Shown: piece after piece, positions 1-15,208 of the stretch
Numbering within the stretch: the stretch's first letter is position 1
Layout: each line of letters opens with the position of its first letter
NCBI GenBank assembly: GCA_964016885.1
Contig: OZ024743.1
Span: forward strand, 194,494,001 to 194,558,000
Origin: Eledone cirrhosa
Taxonomy: Eukaryota
Direction of reading: 5' to 3'
Length of the DNA: 64,000 bases
Program-made: the position numbers and the translations under genes
The notes under the pieces: model-generated
Seen by the model: the letters and a program-made list of their open reading frames with translations, nothing else
What the model was told of the DNA's origin: nothing
Database searches by the model: none

Positions 1-1039
1 AAGTAATATAATCGGTCATATATGCCGCATTTCAGCAGCGTCTACCTTGTGATGACGGCGTGAGAGCTGCGAATCTGTAGCCAGCTTCTGAATAATGGTC
101 GTACCGACGACGTCAATTTTTTCTCGATCAGAATTATGAACATACAGCATCATATAGATTAGCATAGCTGCTTTTGTCCATGATCCCCGATCATCTGCAA
201 TGAGGATGGGAAGAAACCCGACTATATGTCACATTAAATTTACAATATTCATAACAGCATTAATAATCGTTATACAACGAAGGAAATAAAACGTGCATGA
301 AGAAACTTAAAACTTAGAGAATTGAATTAAATACTGAAATGTATTTAAATTAATTTTCTACGGTTTCTGTTACACCACTACATCTGGTGAAATAGAATGA
401 AATAGTGTGCGATCAGCTCAAAATCCTCGCTGGTGTAAGAGAAGAAAACTAGCAGGTGATTGAATCAGTGTGAATATGTCGGTTATTCTGTATTTCATGT
501 AAATATATTAACTAATTTAATATATCTGAACGTTTACTATTGTATAATTGCAGAGTTAGAATCAGAGCCAATGCAGTTTATCCCAGGTGTGATTATTGCT
601 AGGTGAAATCTATCGATACAATTTTATAAGTATACAAGACATTTCAATAAGAACCTCTCTGTAATATATAAACTGCTTAACCTCAGGTTTCCTCGAGATT
701 TAAAAAGCATGAATTATGTTAATCTACCATAGACTTACATCTTAGAAATTTTGTTTGCGTTTGACCTTCATAAAACTACATGTAGCTTTTGCCATGGATA
801 ATCTTTTCTACTATTTTTCTGTGCCATAAGGATACATTTTATTGAATACCATGGCTACATAAAAAAACACCGAATTCGAGCCAACGATGCCGAACAAACC
901 AACAAACACATCTGATAGTATGATCCTCGGTCCCCTGCACAATGTTTTACTTATGTACTGGGAACAGAGGATGATCGCCGCTAAATACATGAGAACATAC
1001 ATCGGTTATCTCTGGGCTGAACTGGGACGAAACATCAAC

Positions 1040-1440
1040 AAAAACACGACTACAACGATGACGATGACGACGACAGCGACGACGGCGACGACGACCATCA
1101 CCACGCCATTACAACCACCACCGTCACAACCACCACAACACCAACAAACCACAACCACCATTTCCACCACCATCACAACCCCAACCAACACCTTCACCAC
1201 CAAAAACACCACTTGCACAACCACCACCACCGCCACCACCACAATACCAACAATAACACACCACCACCACAACCATCACAACCATCACAACCTTCACAAC
1301 CACCAATATCACCACCACAACAACCTTCACCCCCACCCCAACAACAACAATAACAAAACAACAGCAAGTACAAAAACAGTAACGACAACAACAGGTACAA
1401 CTACAACAACTATAAAAACATCAAGAACAAAAAAACAATG
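1040..1440. repeat. (ACC/ACA/ACG)n degenerate trinucleotide low-complexity tract
   Basis: Seen directly; explains the Thr/His-rich ORF 887-1444. Segment ~1155-1325 has an inverted homolog at 2018-2186. Confidence 0.85.
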
Positions 1441-1580
1441 CTGACAAAAGCAGCAACAATCAGAAGAATTGGAAACGTTATCCATATAGAATGTAACTTT
1501 CAATATATTTCAACTAAATAGTTCAATTGAAAAGTGAGCATATTTAATATTCCATATGATTACATTAATATTCAGCTCTT

Positions 1581-1629
<49 letters not shown>

Positions 1630-1664
1630 TATAAATATTAATAAAATAGATGTTCTTTTGATCA

Positions 1665-1719
1665 ATTACATTTTATTATACATATTTCGGATGTACGTCC
1701 TCATCAGACCAAATGTAAT
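1665..1719 (-). ncRNA. Minimal type I hammerhead ribozyme motif
   Basis: Minus strand reads attacatttggt-CTGATGA-gga(cgtaca)tcc-GAAA-tatgt-ATA^ataaaatgtaat: intact core, 3-bp stem II, short stem III, ~12-bp stem I with one mismatch. Confidence 0.8.
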
Positions 1720-1945
1720 GATACATGACATACCCTGAGATGTTAAATGGTTAAGATTTTTTTTTTAATCAAGGTAGTGATTAACCTAAGAGAAAATTTA
1801 ACATTTATACCCTAATAATGAGAAAATGCGAGAATGTGTGAGTAAGAAAAACGTTGCTTAATGTACCAGTTTTTTAATATGAGATTTTAATATGTATGAT
1901 ACTATAATTGATATATATATTTATTAAATATATATATATATATAT

Positions 1946-2258
1946 ATATTTATTAAAATAACAGATTAAAGTTTAAGCAAAGAATTGCTGCTTTCACCCT
2001 TAACGGGATCTTCTGAAGATGGTTGTTGTGGTGGTGATAGTGGTGGTTGTGAATGTTGGGATGGTTGTAATGGTTGTGGTGATGGTTTGTTGTTGTTGCT
2101 ATTGTGGTGGTGGTGGTGGTTGTGCAAGTGGTGGTTTTGGTGGTGGAGGTGTTGGTTGGGGTTGTGATGATGGTGGAAATGGTGGTTTCAGAAGATCCTG
2201 TTAAGGGTGAAAGCAGCGATTCTTTGCTTAAACTTTAATCTGTTATTTTAATAAATAT
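1946..2258. repeat. Fold-back inverted repeat (~72-bp arms) from a Penelope pseudo-LTR, carrying a variant hammerhead
   Basis: Arms 1946-2017 and 2187-2258 are reverse complements and match 59148-59218. Flank 2255-2345 matches the reverse complement of 56876-56965. Confidence 0.85.
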
Positions 2259-2341
2259 TTGCTCTACGGTTCTTATATATTTGATATATATTTATCCTTA
2301 TCGAGCCCTCTTTGGATTTTAGTCTTCAAATTTATTATTAT

Positions 2342-2418
<77 letters not shown>

Positions 2419-3139
2419 TATGCGTGTGTATATATTCCCGTAAGGGGTAATTTGTGTGTATATATGTATATGTATTGTAATTCTACTCTCGCTGACTTGG
2501 CATACATTTATGGAAGAAGCAATTGCTGCTAGCTGGCTGTGAATCATTAGACGCATATTGTGAAGACAGCATCAACTACAGAAGAATTAGTAGAACCTAG
2601 GAAATTTTTCAAAAAATAATGAGCCAATCACTATACCCTTTAATTACCTGTTTATTAATCCATCTGCTGATTTCCTTCCGGATAACATCCTGCTGGTCTT
2701 GTTTTACCGCCTTGACATCCAACTATGACAGTAATTACAAGAAATTTGCTGTATTACCTTAATCAGCAAAACTGCACGATTCATTTTGGTAGTTATTGAT
2801 TGCCTCTTCAATAAAGCCATAATGATACATAGCAACAGATATTGCTGCCAAGAACAACTCTATTCTAAACATAACACAAATAAATGCATAGTATTTTTCT
2901 CTGCAGAGAAATGTAACAATATATTATTGAAATTCTTAGACCCTGCACTCTAACATTGACACTTCTTCTTTCATACAAGCATATTCTGAAATAATGATTC
3001 CCAACTTACGTGCAAGGCCAGCAATTTAGAAGAGCTAAGGCGATTATTTTGTTCAAAACTAACACACAAACACACATATTCATACACAAGGCTGAACACG
3101 CGCATGTAGTCATACGCTGTATTGGTATGTAGACATGTA

Positions 3140-3645
3140 ATGTTTAGAGGAAGAGCAAGCCGATTAAATCAACCCAGGTACATGAATGGTACTTTATTTT
3201 CTCGACCCCAGAATGATGGAATACAAAGTAAACCTCAGCGAGATTTCAACTCAGAACATACAAAATCGGAACACATACACATATAATATCAACGAAATAA
3301 TGGTATGGTGTGGTATGGTCCCGTAACGTCTGATGGAGTCTTAGGAGCGCCGTATTGACATACGGCGTTTCTTCGACATTTTTCAAAGCCTAACGGAGCT
3401 CACATCTTCTGCAGTCCTAAGTACAGAAGATTTCTTTCAGAGAAGGATAGAGAGATTGAGAAAGAGGAAGGGAGAAAGACATATAGCGAAGTAATCGACA
3501 CCAGGACCACACTGGTACTTTTTTATTGAATGAATGAAAGGCAATATTAACCTAGGCGGGATTTGCACGGAGGGATCAAAGAGCTGGAACGCATACCATG
3601 GAGCATTCTACCCGACGTTGTAACGACTCTGCCAATTCACCGTCA
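3140..3645 (-). mobile_element. Two decayed tRNA-derived SINE copies (~3140-3275, ~3490-3645)
   Basis: Contain tggtactttattt...gaaaggcaa..aacct..gcggga.tt, the reverse complement of the SINE body seen at 34399 and 37365. Confidence 0.6.
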
Positions 3646-4044
3646 TGAAATAATAATTGATGGTTAAGATAGTGTTTGCCCAAGAAATCTTTGTATATAA
3701 TCCAAAATTTATTCGGAGGGTATACACGTAAAGGGATTATAATGCACCATATTTTTATTTGGATCGGCTTTTTGTGCTAACACGTGAATGAATACACAAA
3801 AACACACTTAAAATCTTATGAATAAATATATTTTAAAAGACACATATTCGTCCAAATGATTCAATACATTTTACTTGATTTGTTATGATGAATTTTTTTT
3901 TAAAGTTTAAATGCTAATATGAAAATGGACTTCATATGCACCCCCCCCCCCCACACACACACACCCACACCCACACACACACATACACACACACACATAT
4001 TGTTGTAATAGTAAAGTTCTATAATGCACCATGAATGACTATCT

Positions 4045-4157
4045 ATCGGTCGCAACTCCAGAGCAACGTGGAATAAAGTGTCTTGCTTAAGGACATAACA
4101 CATCGGTCGGTCCAGGAATCGAACTCTGAACTCTAACCACTCGGCGACGTGCCTTCA
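4045..4157 (-). mobile_element. tRNA-derived SINE fragment (second family)
   Basis: Minus strand has A-box-like gccgagtggttaga and B-box gagttcgattcc, followed by tgtccttaagcaagacactt (CORE/V-type central motif). Confidence 0.6.
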
Positions 4158-4321
4158 CAAACACATATATGTATATATATATATATATAGTTAGAGGAGC
4201 AAAAAATTGCTTATTGTGATCCAGTTCTTGGTTAAGAAAGTCAGTTTCATGGATGGTTTCAACGTACGGTTAGGGGTAACTCCACAAGTTTGTAAGAATT
4301 CCGCTCAATCTTGGAGTATAA

Positions 4322-4685
<364 letters not shown>

Positions 4686-5315
4686 TATGTGTGTGTGTGT
4701 GTGTGTGTGTGACCCAAACACTAGCTAAACGTTGTGAAAATTAGTTATATTAATAAATCCCCCAATTTTTTTATTATTTGAAAATTATTTGAAAAATTAT
4801 ATACAATATTTTTCATTAGAAATATAGTCATAAAAAGTTTAGTATTGTACATGTTCAGAATAGTTACTATGACAAATAAAATGTCTTCTCCAGCGTGGAG
4901 TTTCCTGCTGGGTTATAATGTAAACATGTAGAAGGAAATAAGGAATAAAACGGCAAATAAGAATAGAACTAAAAAAAAAAAATCATATCTGAAGTGCCCT
5001 AACATTTTAATGATTGCATCTAGATCTTGTTCCAGAGCAAGACCTCAGCTGTGATATTTACGATAAGCAACGTGCTCTCTATGTTGTTTACGTTTCTAAT
5101 CACAATTCGCTTACTTCTGACGACAGATGGTCCTTATGAAGTTAGGTGTTTGAAATAAATCTTTGAATCGCGTATAGATAGACATCAATGAAGTATATAT
5201 GTGTGTGTGTGTGTGTATATCTATATATATATATTTGTGTGTGTATATCTATATATATATTTGTGTGTGTGTGTCTGTATTTATATATACATGCACATAA
5301 ATATATATGTATATG

Positions 5316-5358
<43 letters not shown>

Positions 5359-5421
5359 ATATATTTATACACGCATATTTATGCTTATATATGTATTATG
5401 TGTGTATGTGTGTGTGTGTGT

Positions 5422-5468
<47 letters not shown>

Positions 5469-8088
5469 TGCATGTATGTGTTCCAGTGTTTGTGGTTGTA
5501 CGTGTGTGAAGGGGGAATAAGTAGAAGTGTTTTTCTATACATTTCAGAGCGTCCATGTTTATTTCTGCATTAATGTATGAGCGTGTGTTTCCACACTGTG
5601 ATATAAACGCATTGATGTATGAATTTATATATCATGCTTACTTGTTTATCTATACATTAAAGGTCACCTGTTTCTATAAACATTCGTATAAATAATTATA
5701 GACTTGAAATAACTCCCGACTAGAAAGCAGGAAACGCCTCATATGCAACTGCTTTCTTTTAAATAAAATATATAGTTTTAGTTTTACATTCCTCTATTTA
5801 CCTTTACTATAGATGCATAATTTCATTCTAGCTCATATTTTCTGCTGTGTCAATATGTTGTCGTATAAACTTCACACGCGTTGAAATAAAACCCTGTTGA
5901 ACACGCAAATTGCTATTAACATAATATTTACATATTGAACATGTACTTTTTTATATAACATATTTTGAGTTTGATCAGATTTATATGTATATTGGCTAAA
6001 GAAGCAAAATCTGTAAAGAGAATACATATTTCTTCCTATTATGGTTCAAAATATGATGGCGGACAAAAACTAAAGTAATAAGTAGCTGATATTTCAAGGT
6101 TCAAATTCACGTGAGGGTCATTTGTGTTTTGAGTTTTAATTCGAATCAATGCGGTGAATAGGCAGCGTCATTAAATCGCCGAATAGAATGCTTTTCCGTA
6201 TCTATTCCGGTTCTTTGTGCTATGAGTTAAAATCCTATGAAATTTGCTTTTCATCCTTTCGTATATATATATATACCCCTCTCTCTCTATGCCCCCTCTC
6301 TCTCACGAAGCAATTGGCTGTGTTCAGTCCTGAGGATGTATGGGCTCCGCCTGGTTTAAAGTGGCCAAGTCACGCTGTATTTCACGACAACTTCCCGTAC
6401 GGCTCCATTATTGTTCCATACATACAATGATTTAATTTAAGGATTCAGCTCAACGCCTTTACTCTTACGTTTGAGGAAACGTGTAAAAGTAGACAGATAA
6501 TTAAAAATAAGACTGAATTTAAAGTATGTAAAAATATAATAAAAGAAAACTGGTTCTTCACAAGTGTAACAACATAACAGTTACTAGATGACAATGTTGT
6601 TTAGGACTTCTTAAACTTGTATCAATAACGATAGTAAACCACATTACTGATCTATATGGTAAGTAGAAGCAATATGATTAGACCTGTTCTCTGGTGCATA
6701 TATGTTGTCTGATCTCCAAATTATACTCCCAAATCATTGATTAATCCAGCCCTTGTGTGTGAACCACTGCTCAAGTAGTTGAAAATTAAAATTCTTGGAC
6801 ATATCTCTACACTTGGTACTAGGAAAAGTGTAAAATAATCTTTGTAATTTCAGTAGCAGCTTTCATTTCAATTCCTTAGATTGTCAGACAGTGAATTAAT
6901 AGCAATAGAAATGTCAGAGCAATGTTCAAAAGCGGTGTAGAAATCGTCTAGGAATGGATAATTATATATGCATGTATTGGCTGACACGTATACTCTGAAG
7001 CGACTTTAACTTATATAAAATCTGACTGAGTGAAAGTTTATAGTAGTTATCATTTGCAAACTTGAGACTTTGTAAAGTTGCCGTTAATGGAACGGGTGGA
7101 CAAATGATTAAAGAACTACGTTGTCTATAGCACTATCTCATATTACAGGCTTCTAATTAGGCTTTTATTCTACGGCTTGTAGTGAGCAGCAAAGAGGAAG
7201 CAGAATGTTGCCGATAAGCATGCGGTGTCAAACAGCAGAGTAGTAGTTGTATTTCAATTCCTAATTGAACCTAAATAATTTCATTTAAGCCGCTAACCCC
7301 TTTAAGAAACATAAACATTGCAACATGATTTTCAAAACTGCGTTGAGAGAGAGTATCTGAAATGAATTATCGTTTTGACATTACCTTTTCATTTTTCATC
7401 TGTAGATTAACATGGAGAATGGCTCTCAATTTGAGATGTTTTACATATAATCCATTCGTTCGATCAAGGCTTTTGGATTTTACAATTATAAGTAACATTT
7501 AACATTTGTTTTGGGGGTTAAAAAATTACATCAAATATTATTGGAAAATCGTGTGAATATTTCAAAATATAAAAGATTTTAATCAGCAGGATATGAGATT
7601 CGGTTCATTACTGAAGAAAATAAACACTGAAAGCGTGTAAACTCCAGATCAAAGCTGTTAAAAAAATTAAACAGCTGGAAACAGGTTTTGACACCGTATG
7701 TGTCATCCTAAATATTCTAGTATTCTAATATTTTGTGATTTAGATAATTCACATTGCTGTCTGCTTTAATAAACCCAATGAAAACATACTAATGACTGAA
7801 TAACTACTGCACCCGTGCCATAAAAAATAATAACAGCTTTATTAATTGTAAAAATTGTTTTTCGCGAGGAAAACACTTTTTCCCCAACGACTACTATCAT
7901 ATGATCAACTTGTTCAACCCGTGTGGATGTAACTGAACCAATTCATTTCATCGGCACAGTTTGAACAAATTGGTCCTCCGGACCAACGAAACATGCCCAC
8001 CTCGTATGGCACCGTTGTAGTAGTTGGCCTTAATTATTGCATTAAAAATTGTTCTACGGACATAAGTTGCTCTATAATTATATATATA

Positions 8089-8186
<98 letters not shown>

Positions 8187-8239
8187 TGCGTGCGTGTGTG
8201 TGTGTGTGCACATGTATGTGAGCTTGTGTGTACATACCT

Positions 8240-9292
8240 CTGAACCTGAGAGACATCTACGGTGGTATCAAGAAAGTATTAGGACCAGCCCAGAGCAAGA
8301 CAGCTCCCCTGAAAACCAATACTGTGAAAGTAATCACTGACAGAGTCTGGCAGATAGTGTGATGTGTGGAACACTACTCCGACCTCTATTCCAGATAGAA
8401 TACTGTGTCTCACTCAGCTCTCGATGTCATCGTGTGTCTGCCCGTCATTGAGGGGCTTGACACTGAGCCGATTTAGGTCGAGATCAGTAAGGCTATTAAC
8501 GGCTAGGGAGCGGGCAGCGATGGGGTCGCCCCCAGGCCTAATTAAGCGTTGTAGAACTACCATACTGCGGCCAGAGCATAAGCTCCTCTATCAGTGCTGG
8601 CAAGAAGGTGTTGTACTACAGGACTTGAGGGACGCCAAAATCATCACCGTATACAAGAACAAAGATGAAAGGAATGACTACAGGAGCATCTCCCTTCTCA
8701 GGATCGTCGGCAAAGTATTCGCATCGTACTTGTTATTTAAACCTGTCTGAATAAGCTGGCAGAACGTGTCTTCCTAGAATCACAGTGCGGTTTCTGAACT
8801 GAGAGATCAACAGTGGGGGATTGCAGGGAACCGAACATGCACCAGTATATCGCTTTTATCGATCTCACAAAAGCATTGGATCTGGTTATAGAGACGTCCT
8901 TTTCAAGATACTCCCAAGGATTGGTTGATCACCGTGACTACAGAGCATTATTGAAGCATCCAATACCAACATAAAGAGTGTGGTGCTCTCTACTAGGAGA
9001 ACTATGGAACCATTCACCATTTACAGTGGCGTCCAACGAGGCTGCGGCATTGTGCCCACAATCTTTGGGATTTTTCCGCTCTATTCCTGAGGCGTTCATT
9101 CATCAATACAACAGAAAGGATCTTCATGTGCACCAGATTTGACGCCAGACTGTTCAAGCCAGAGCGCCTCAGAGCGAAGACAAAGGTGTGCATGATCTCC
9201 ATCAGAAGCATGCTGTTTGGCGATGATGTAGCCTTCACGACACACTTCCAGATGGTACTCCAGATAAAGATGGACACCTTCTGGCAGGCCTG
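8240..9292 (+). mobile_element. Decayed RTE-clade LINE fragment (reverse transcriptase)
   Basis: Motifs DAKIITVYKNK..RNDYRSISLLRIVGKVFA, LAERVFLESQCGF, YIAFIDLTKA and MLFGDDVA across frameshifts. Confidence 0.85.
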
Positions 9293-10518
9293 CCACACAC
9301 ACACCCACACACACACACAAACACACACACATACACACACACTCGCACACACAAACATACACAGACGCACACACGTACACACACACATACACACACATAT
9401 ATATATATATATGCAAAATTATTTTCAGAAAAATAAAAGTTTGAATTTACACTTTTCACCCATCTTGGGACTTGTCAAGATGTAATTAATTTTATTTGTT
9501 GGTATAAGGACAGTTTGTTATCTTTATTACTGAGTAACAATATGTGTAGCTTGTCTTTAAGGAGAGCTGTTATGCGTTTAGTTTCAGAGTAATTTCTAAA
9601 ATATTTTTCTCAAAATTCTTGTTTGTATTTTAAATGTGTTGTTCAGGCAAATACCAAAATCTTGCTTGTATTTTAAATGTGTTGTTCAAGCAAATACCAA
9701 GATCGTTGCTCAGTGAGATTTCTTTTTTAGTTCCGGTTGCCATATATGTTGTTTATGCATTTCATTTATTCAAACAAGTAATTTCCGGTCTGATCAAACC
9801 AATGCAATTTTCTTTGCAGTTGGAACATGTTATGTAAAGTTTCATTTTTTTCTGTTTTGCAATTTATGTCAGAATTTATTTAAAAAGACAATTCGCTTTG
9901 GAATTTCATCTCGGAATCAGTTTTCAAATAGTTAAAGTTGTCATTATTGCATATCCATCACACTAACTTCAGGAAATATTATGGGGAATTCGGAAATATT
10001 TTCTGGTGTGGAATTTGTCATTTTAGGGCTCTTTGGTTGAAGTTTGCTGTCAATTATATAGGTGAGGATAAATTTTATTTTATTAACTTAAGAACAGATG
10101 GTATATTTGCCTTAATAGTAGTGAGTTTGGTCGTCTCAGATAATAATTAGAAACAAATGTGATAATATCTCCGACAAACGTTTCTCCAAATCTCCTTTGT
10201 TGAAATATGTTGGAATCTTTTGCTTATTAAAAATCCTGTTGTCAATTAATTTCATGGGAAATGCGCGTAGTTTTAGGTCTTTAAGTTCATCACGTGAAAT
10301 TTTTCGTAATTCTAGTTTAACCATTATTGCGCCATTTAGCCATTATTATCAGGCTGTATGGGCTATTCCGATTGATATGTGACGAATGACATGAATAAAA
10401 TACAAAATATTGTTATGCGTGCGTCATTTTGTAAAATATGTCTCTAGCAAGCCAGATATTACATAATTTTATGAAGATTTCCCCAAACGGTAATTGCTCA
10501 TATAGGGTCCCGAGAGGT

Positions 10519-10654
<136 letters not shown>

Positions 10655-11804
10655 CTGTGTGTGTGTGTGACTCTGTGTGTATGGGTGGAGGGGGTTCACA
10701 GAACTCACACACACGCGTGTGTTATTCTGACCGTAACATAATTTATTCTGCGCCTGTATTTTCTGTTAATAATATTTAACATACACACCGATGTTACTAT
10801 CTTTTTTTCTAACTAACTCTCATGTTATCCTTTGATAGCCTCGTGCCTCCACACTACGTACTTGCGTGACAATAAACTTATTCAGTCAATGTCCATTTAT
10901 TTGGTAAGTCAGGGATATTATTTTTGTTTTCTGAAAGTAGCCTACCTGTATAGCTAACCAAAATGAGAATAAAACTATATTTTATGTGACGTCAATTAGT
11001 AGTAGTTGTTAGTAGCAATCGGAGGCTTTAAGTATTTTATCAAGAATTGCTTAGCACTTCTTTGATCATAGTCCATCTAAAACGACAGCAACAAATAGTA
11101 CGTATTAATTCGCTCTTTGTGAGAAAATAATTCCAATGTTCATGCGACAATTGCAAAGACAGTATCCAAGTTTCTCAATGTTGTAGTCAAAGAATTATTA
11201 ATGAAAAGGACGTAGAACTAAAATAGAAAGATTTTCGATTATATGACTTTATCAAAATAAAATAGGACAGGGTAGGCTTTTCTACACAGAAAGTCACTTA
11301 GATTAATGGAACATCTATTCTGATGTGCATCTTAAACAAAATTATAACTTTTAAGTATACCGTTCTCTGTAACGTAAATGCAGAACATCTCTAATCAGTG
11401 GAAAATTTACATTTATGGTGCTTTGACTGAGTTCGACCAATCTTTGAAAGGTTACATAATCCGATTGTAAGAATTTCTTTCGTTGTCCTTCTATTTGAAA
11501 TGTTTCCTCGCACGATATCAATACACTGAATTAGCTTGAAATGTTACCGGCGTTTCTCAGTTTCTTTCTTGACATTTTCGTTTAGTGTTTTCAAAATATT
11601 TTATACTAAACAAAAAGGATTTGTATGTCAATAGTATATCAATTTTTATTTATAGAGACATCAATATCACTCTCAAATTACATATTTGTCAACCGTTCCT
11701 TTCAAACATTTTTGTAATCTGAAAAAGAATCCCATTTTTAACCACAGTTTTATTAGCCTGTCGTAGATATATACACAAGCCATTTTCGATTAACTTCAAA
11801 TAAT

Positions 11805-12225
11805 GATTTATAATTTAGGTACAAAGCCAGTTATTGCTTGAGGGGTTGAGTCGGGTGTTGGTGTTGTTGTAATCGATTACATCTACTCAAGTACTTAACG
11901 GGTACTTTATTCTATCGATCGACTCCAGATGGATGAAAGGCAAAGTTAATTTGAATTCAGAACATAAAGTGATATAAACAAATAGCATAAAGAAATCTGC
12001 CAATCAACCGCCATCCTAATTTATCTACAAATAAGGGCTTCTGATTTAGGCACAAGGCTAACAATCTTTTTGATGGGTCGATTAAATAGACCCCAGTGCA
12101 TTACTGATGTTTCATTTTATCAACAACATAAAGATGAAAAGCAAAGCTAACCTCTGCAGGATTTGAAATTAGAACGTAAAGTGTCATAAACAAATACCAC
12201 AAAGAACTTTGCCAATTTACCGCTT
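11805..12225 (-). mobile_element. Two adjacent decayed tRNA-derived SINE copies
   Basis: gtactttattctatcgatc...ggatgaaaggcaaagttaa and gatgaaaagcaaagctaacctc..caggatttgaa; same family as 34399/37365/45162. Confidence 0.65.
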
Positions 12226-13005
12226 TACTTTATCTAGAGAGATTAGGAATATCAAATGCAAGCATTACTAATACAGATTTGGCACACAGACAAGTTGTAA
12301 GATATTAACAAAGTCTCAAATTCTTATAATTTTCCTTTCTGGCGTATCGTAGCAAGTTGTACATACCTGAAGTGTTTCATAACAGTTTTATGACTTTTAA
12401 AAGACATTCTTAAGAAGACAAAAGAACGAAACGAAAGCCAGAAATCGGGAGAAAGCATGTGATCTTATAAGAATGAAGGAAATCGTCGCAAGTTATTAGT
12501 TATTGTTAAGGTACCTAATATGTTATTATGATGAGAAAGTAAAGGGTAAAGCAATGTGAATGTAGGTACAGTTTCGTATTCTGATATATTATAATATTCA
12601 TTCCTATGCTACTGACCTATATATTTTTCAAGACATCCTGGATTTCATGCTTAAGTACTAGAAAGCATGATTCAGTAACAATGTTATCATGAGTATCATA
12701 ATACCTCTCGTAGAAATAAATATCGGATAGAAAGTCATACTGTCACTCGTAGCTTATTTTACAAACATTTTACCCATAACATCTCTCTACATATCACTCA
12801 TTCCCTTCATATGCACCCATCCTTGACAAAAACTGGTTTAGCATGCTATTAGATTAACATTAACTCTCTGAGCAGGTACATTCGCCTTTTATACCTTCCT
12901 GTTGCATTTCTCATCTTACTTTTTCCTTGTGAAAATTTCATTGCTATGCGTATATATGAATAAGTCTGTCTATCTCTCTATCTATCTATCTGTGTATCTA
13001 TTTGT

Positions 13006-13073
<68 letters not shown>

Positions 13074-13453
13074 AATCTAGCTGTCGTCTGTTCTACAGTG
13101 TGGATGTAATTCACTTCGCGCAGAAGTTTTGTTCAAATTTATTGCGGAAATTTTGTAAGTTCAAATTTAATGTTGATACTATTGTGTAGCTTGACCCCCC
13201 GTCTGAACTGTCAGGCGGTGGGTCAGCTCATCTTTACCCCTCCTAGAGGTGAAAAACCTGTTTTTAAAATTTTGTGGCAAAAAAAATTCAATCGTCTGAC
13301 AGAAATGTTAAACGAAGCGAACGAAAATAGTGGTGGGGGACAGCGGTAAGAGTTGTAAGCTCGCACGCTTTAGTCCCCCCCTTCCTTCCCAACTAACGTC
13401 ATAGAGAAGGAAGGAAAAAATAAAATAAAAACAGACGAATCTGCGGAGAAAAA

Positions 13454-15130
13454 TGACGAAAACACAAATCTGAACATGGATTCCAACAACGAAAAAAAAA
13501 ATTTGAAAAATTGCATGACAATATTAATACCACAAACAAAGACACAACAAACACAAAAATAACATTTGAAAACAACATCATAACAGAAAGCAAAGCAGAC
13601 GACAAAGTCAACAAGATTTCATTTGCACAAACAACAAAGAAATCTTTGACATATATACCTGAAAATATTTCAGATGTGGCACGAAGAATCACAGACGCCA
13701 AACAATACATAAGTGAAGGAGAGAATGGTATTTTATCGGTAAAAATGCCTCAAGAACTCACCAAAGACATTGAAAGTCGAACGGTCGTGTTTCGCACCAT
13801 CAACAACACTTAAAAAAAACCTGAACACCCAACTCAAGCAGATATCAAAACAGTACTCAATGAAGTACTTAATGAAACCACTTTCATAAGAAAAGACAGA
13901 CTGTATGGAAGCCTAGCAATTATTATGAAGAACGAATCGGCGGCAAAAAAGTGTGCTTTGTCACCGATTCGTTCAAACATTTTTACCTTTTATCCATCTT
14001 ATATGGGTAAAAGAACTCAACGCATATGGCTGGATGCAATGATGCCAGATGTGGACTACTGCTGGCTCATAGCTGGCTTCATCGATCCAGTGAATGACAA
14101 CGTGATTTCCATTGGGAAAACCACAGGCAATGCGTTCAGTGGAACAGGTATAGAGCTGGTAGTGCAAATGAAGCCTGAACGCATCGCCCAAATACCCGAC
14201 AGAATCCTATTAGAGGGCCACGGGTATATAAACATTAGCGTGGATGGGAGAAGGCCGTCCTATCATATCTGTGCAGGCAGAGGGCAGCTGAAGGCCGCTT
14301 GTACCCAACTCAACAAAAAGAAAACCCTGCTACCAACACCAGCTCCACCACAACCACCACAACAGATAAACAAACAACAAAACTCAGTCCCACCCAACCC
14401 GTCCCTCAGTAAAACTACACCACCAACACAACACAAACAGTCACAACACATTACCCCCAAAACAAAATACAGACCCACCCAACCCCTCACTCAATAAAAC
14501 AACACAACCACCGCAGACACAACACACAACACAGTCTAACACAGTGACATCCATCTCCCCCACAAAGAAAACCAACACGGAAACATTACCAGCAAACATA
14601 CCTCTTCCCTCCACCACTGAAGATAACCCAACGAATTCGGAGGAAGAAACGGGGTCCTTCAGACAGATTAAAAGAAAAAAAAGAAAACATGTGCAAAACA
14701 CACAAGGCCAATCAACCCCCACCCAAATGTCAACACAATCCAACAAAACAGAAAACACCCCTCCAGCAACAAACAAAACCGAACCTGCCCCTCCCCTCTT
14801 CGAAACACTCACACCATCCGAAAAAAAGACATTACACTATACTTACATCAACAGAAACAATAATAAATTAAATGAACTCATATACAATAATCCTTCGGTA
14901 CAAACCGAAGGTGTAAACTTTGTTTCTTCAGAAAACTACCCACATTTAAAATTAATAAAGATCCCAATGAACCTCTACCAAAAACTAAAAAAGGATTTTA
15001 AGGAGGACGTAGGACCACCCTCTGTCAAAGCCATAAACCGCGTCCTACTAAAAAGCTTTCCCCCTCCCCTTCCCCTCCCCAACACAACTCCAAACACCCC
15101 AACCCCACCACACACTGACGACCCCACACC
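13454..15130 (+). pseudogene. Tx1/L1 ORF1 (gag-like), frameshifted
   Basis: Pieces 13511-13813, 13925-14497 and 14544-15221; SFAQ motif, degenerate zinc knuckle SYHICAGRGQLKAAC, Pro/Thr-rich tail with KRKKRK. Boundaries approximate. Confidence 0.7.
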
Positions 15131-15208
15131 ACCATGGAAGTCGTGCGACCCGAACCCCGGGAAGCGGAAAGGTAGGTCTCTACACTCTCCTTTGGCTCTG
15201 CCGCCCAC

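Noticed and set aside
887-1444. 185-aa Thr/His-rich ORF as a mucin-like gene
   Set aside because: Mostly translated trinucleotide repeat, with no recognisable domain or supported splice structure.
3345-3376. GC-rich hairpin preceded by ctgatgga, considered as a hammerhead or SECIS
   Set aside because: No GAAA after the stem, no SECIS quartet or AA loop, and no associated selenoprotein ORF.
9600-10400. Possible decayed coding fragment on the minus strand
   Set aside because: No motif recognised in the short ORFs.
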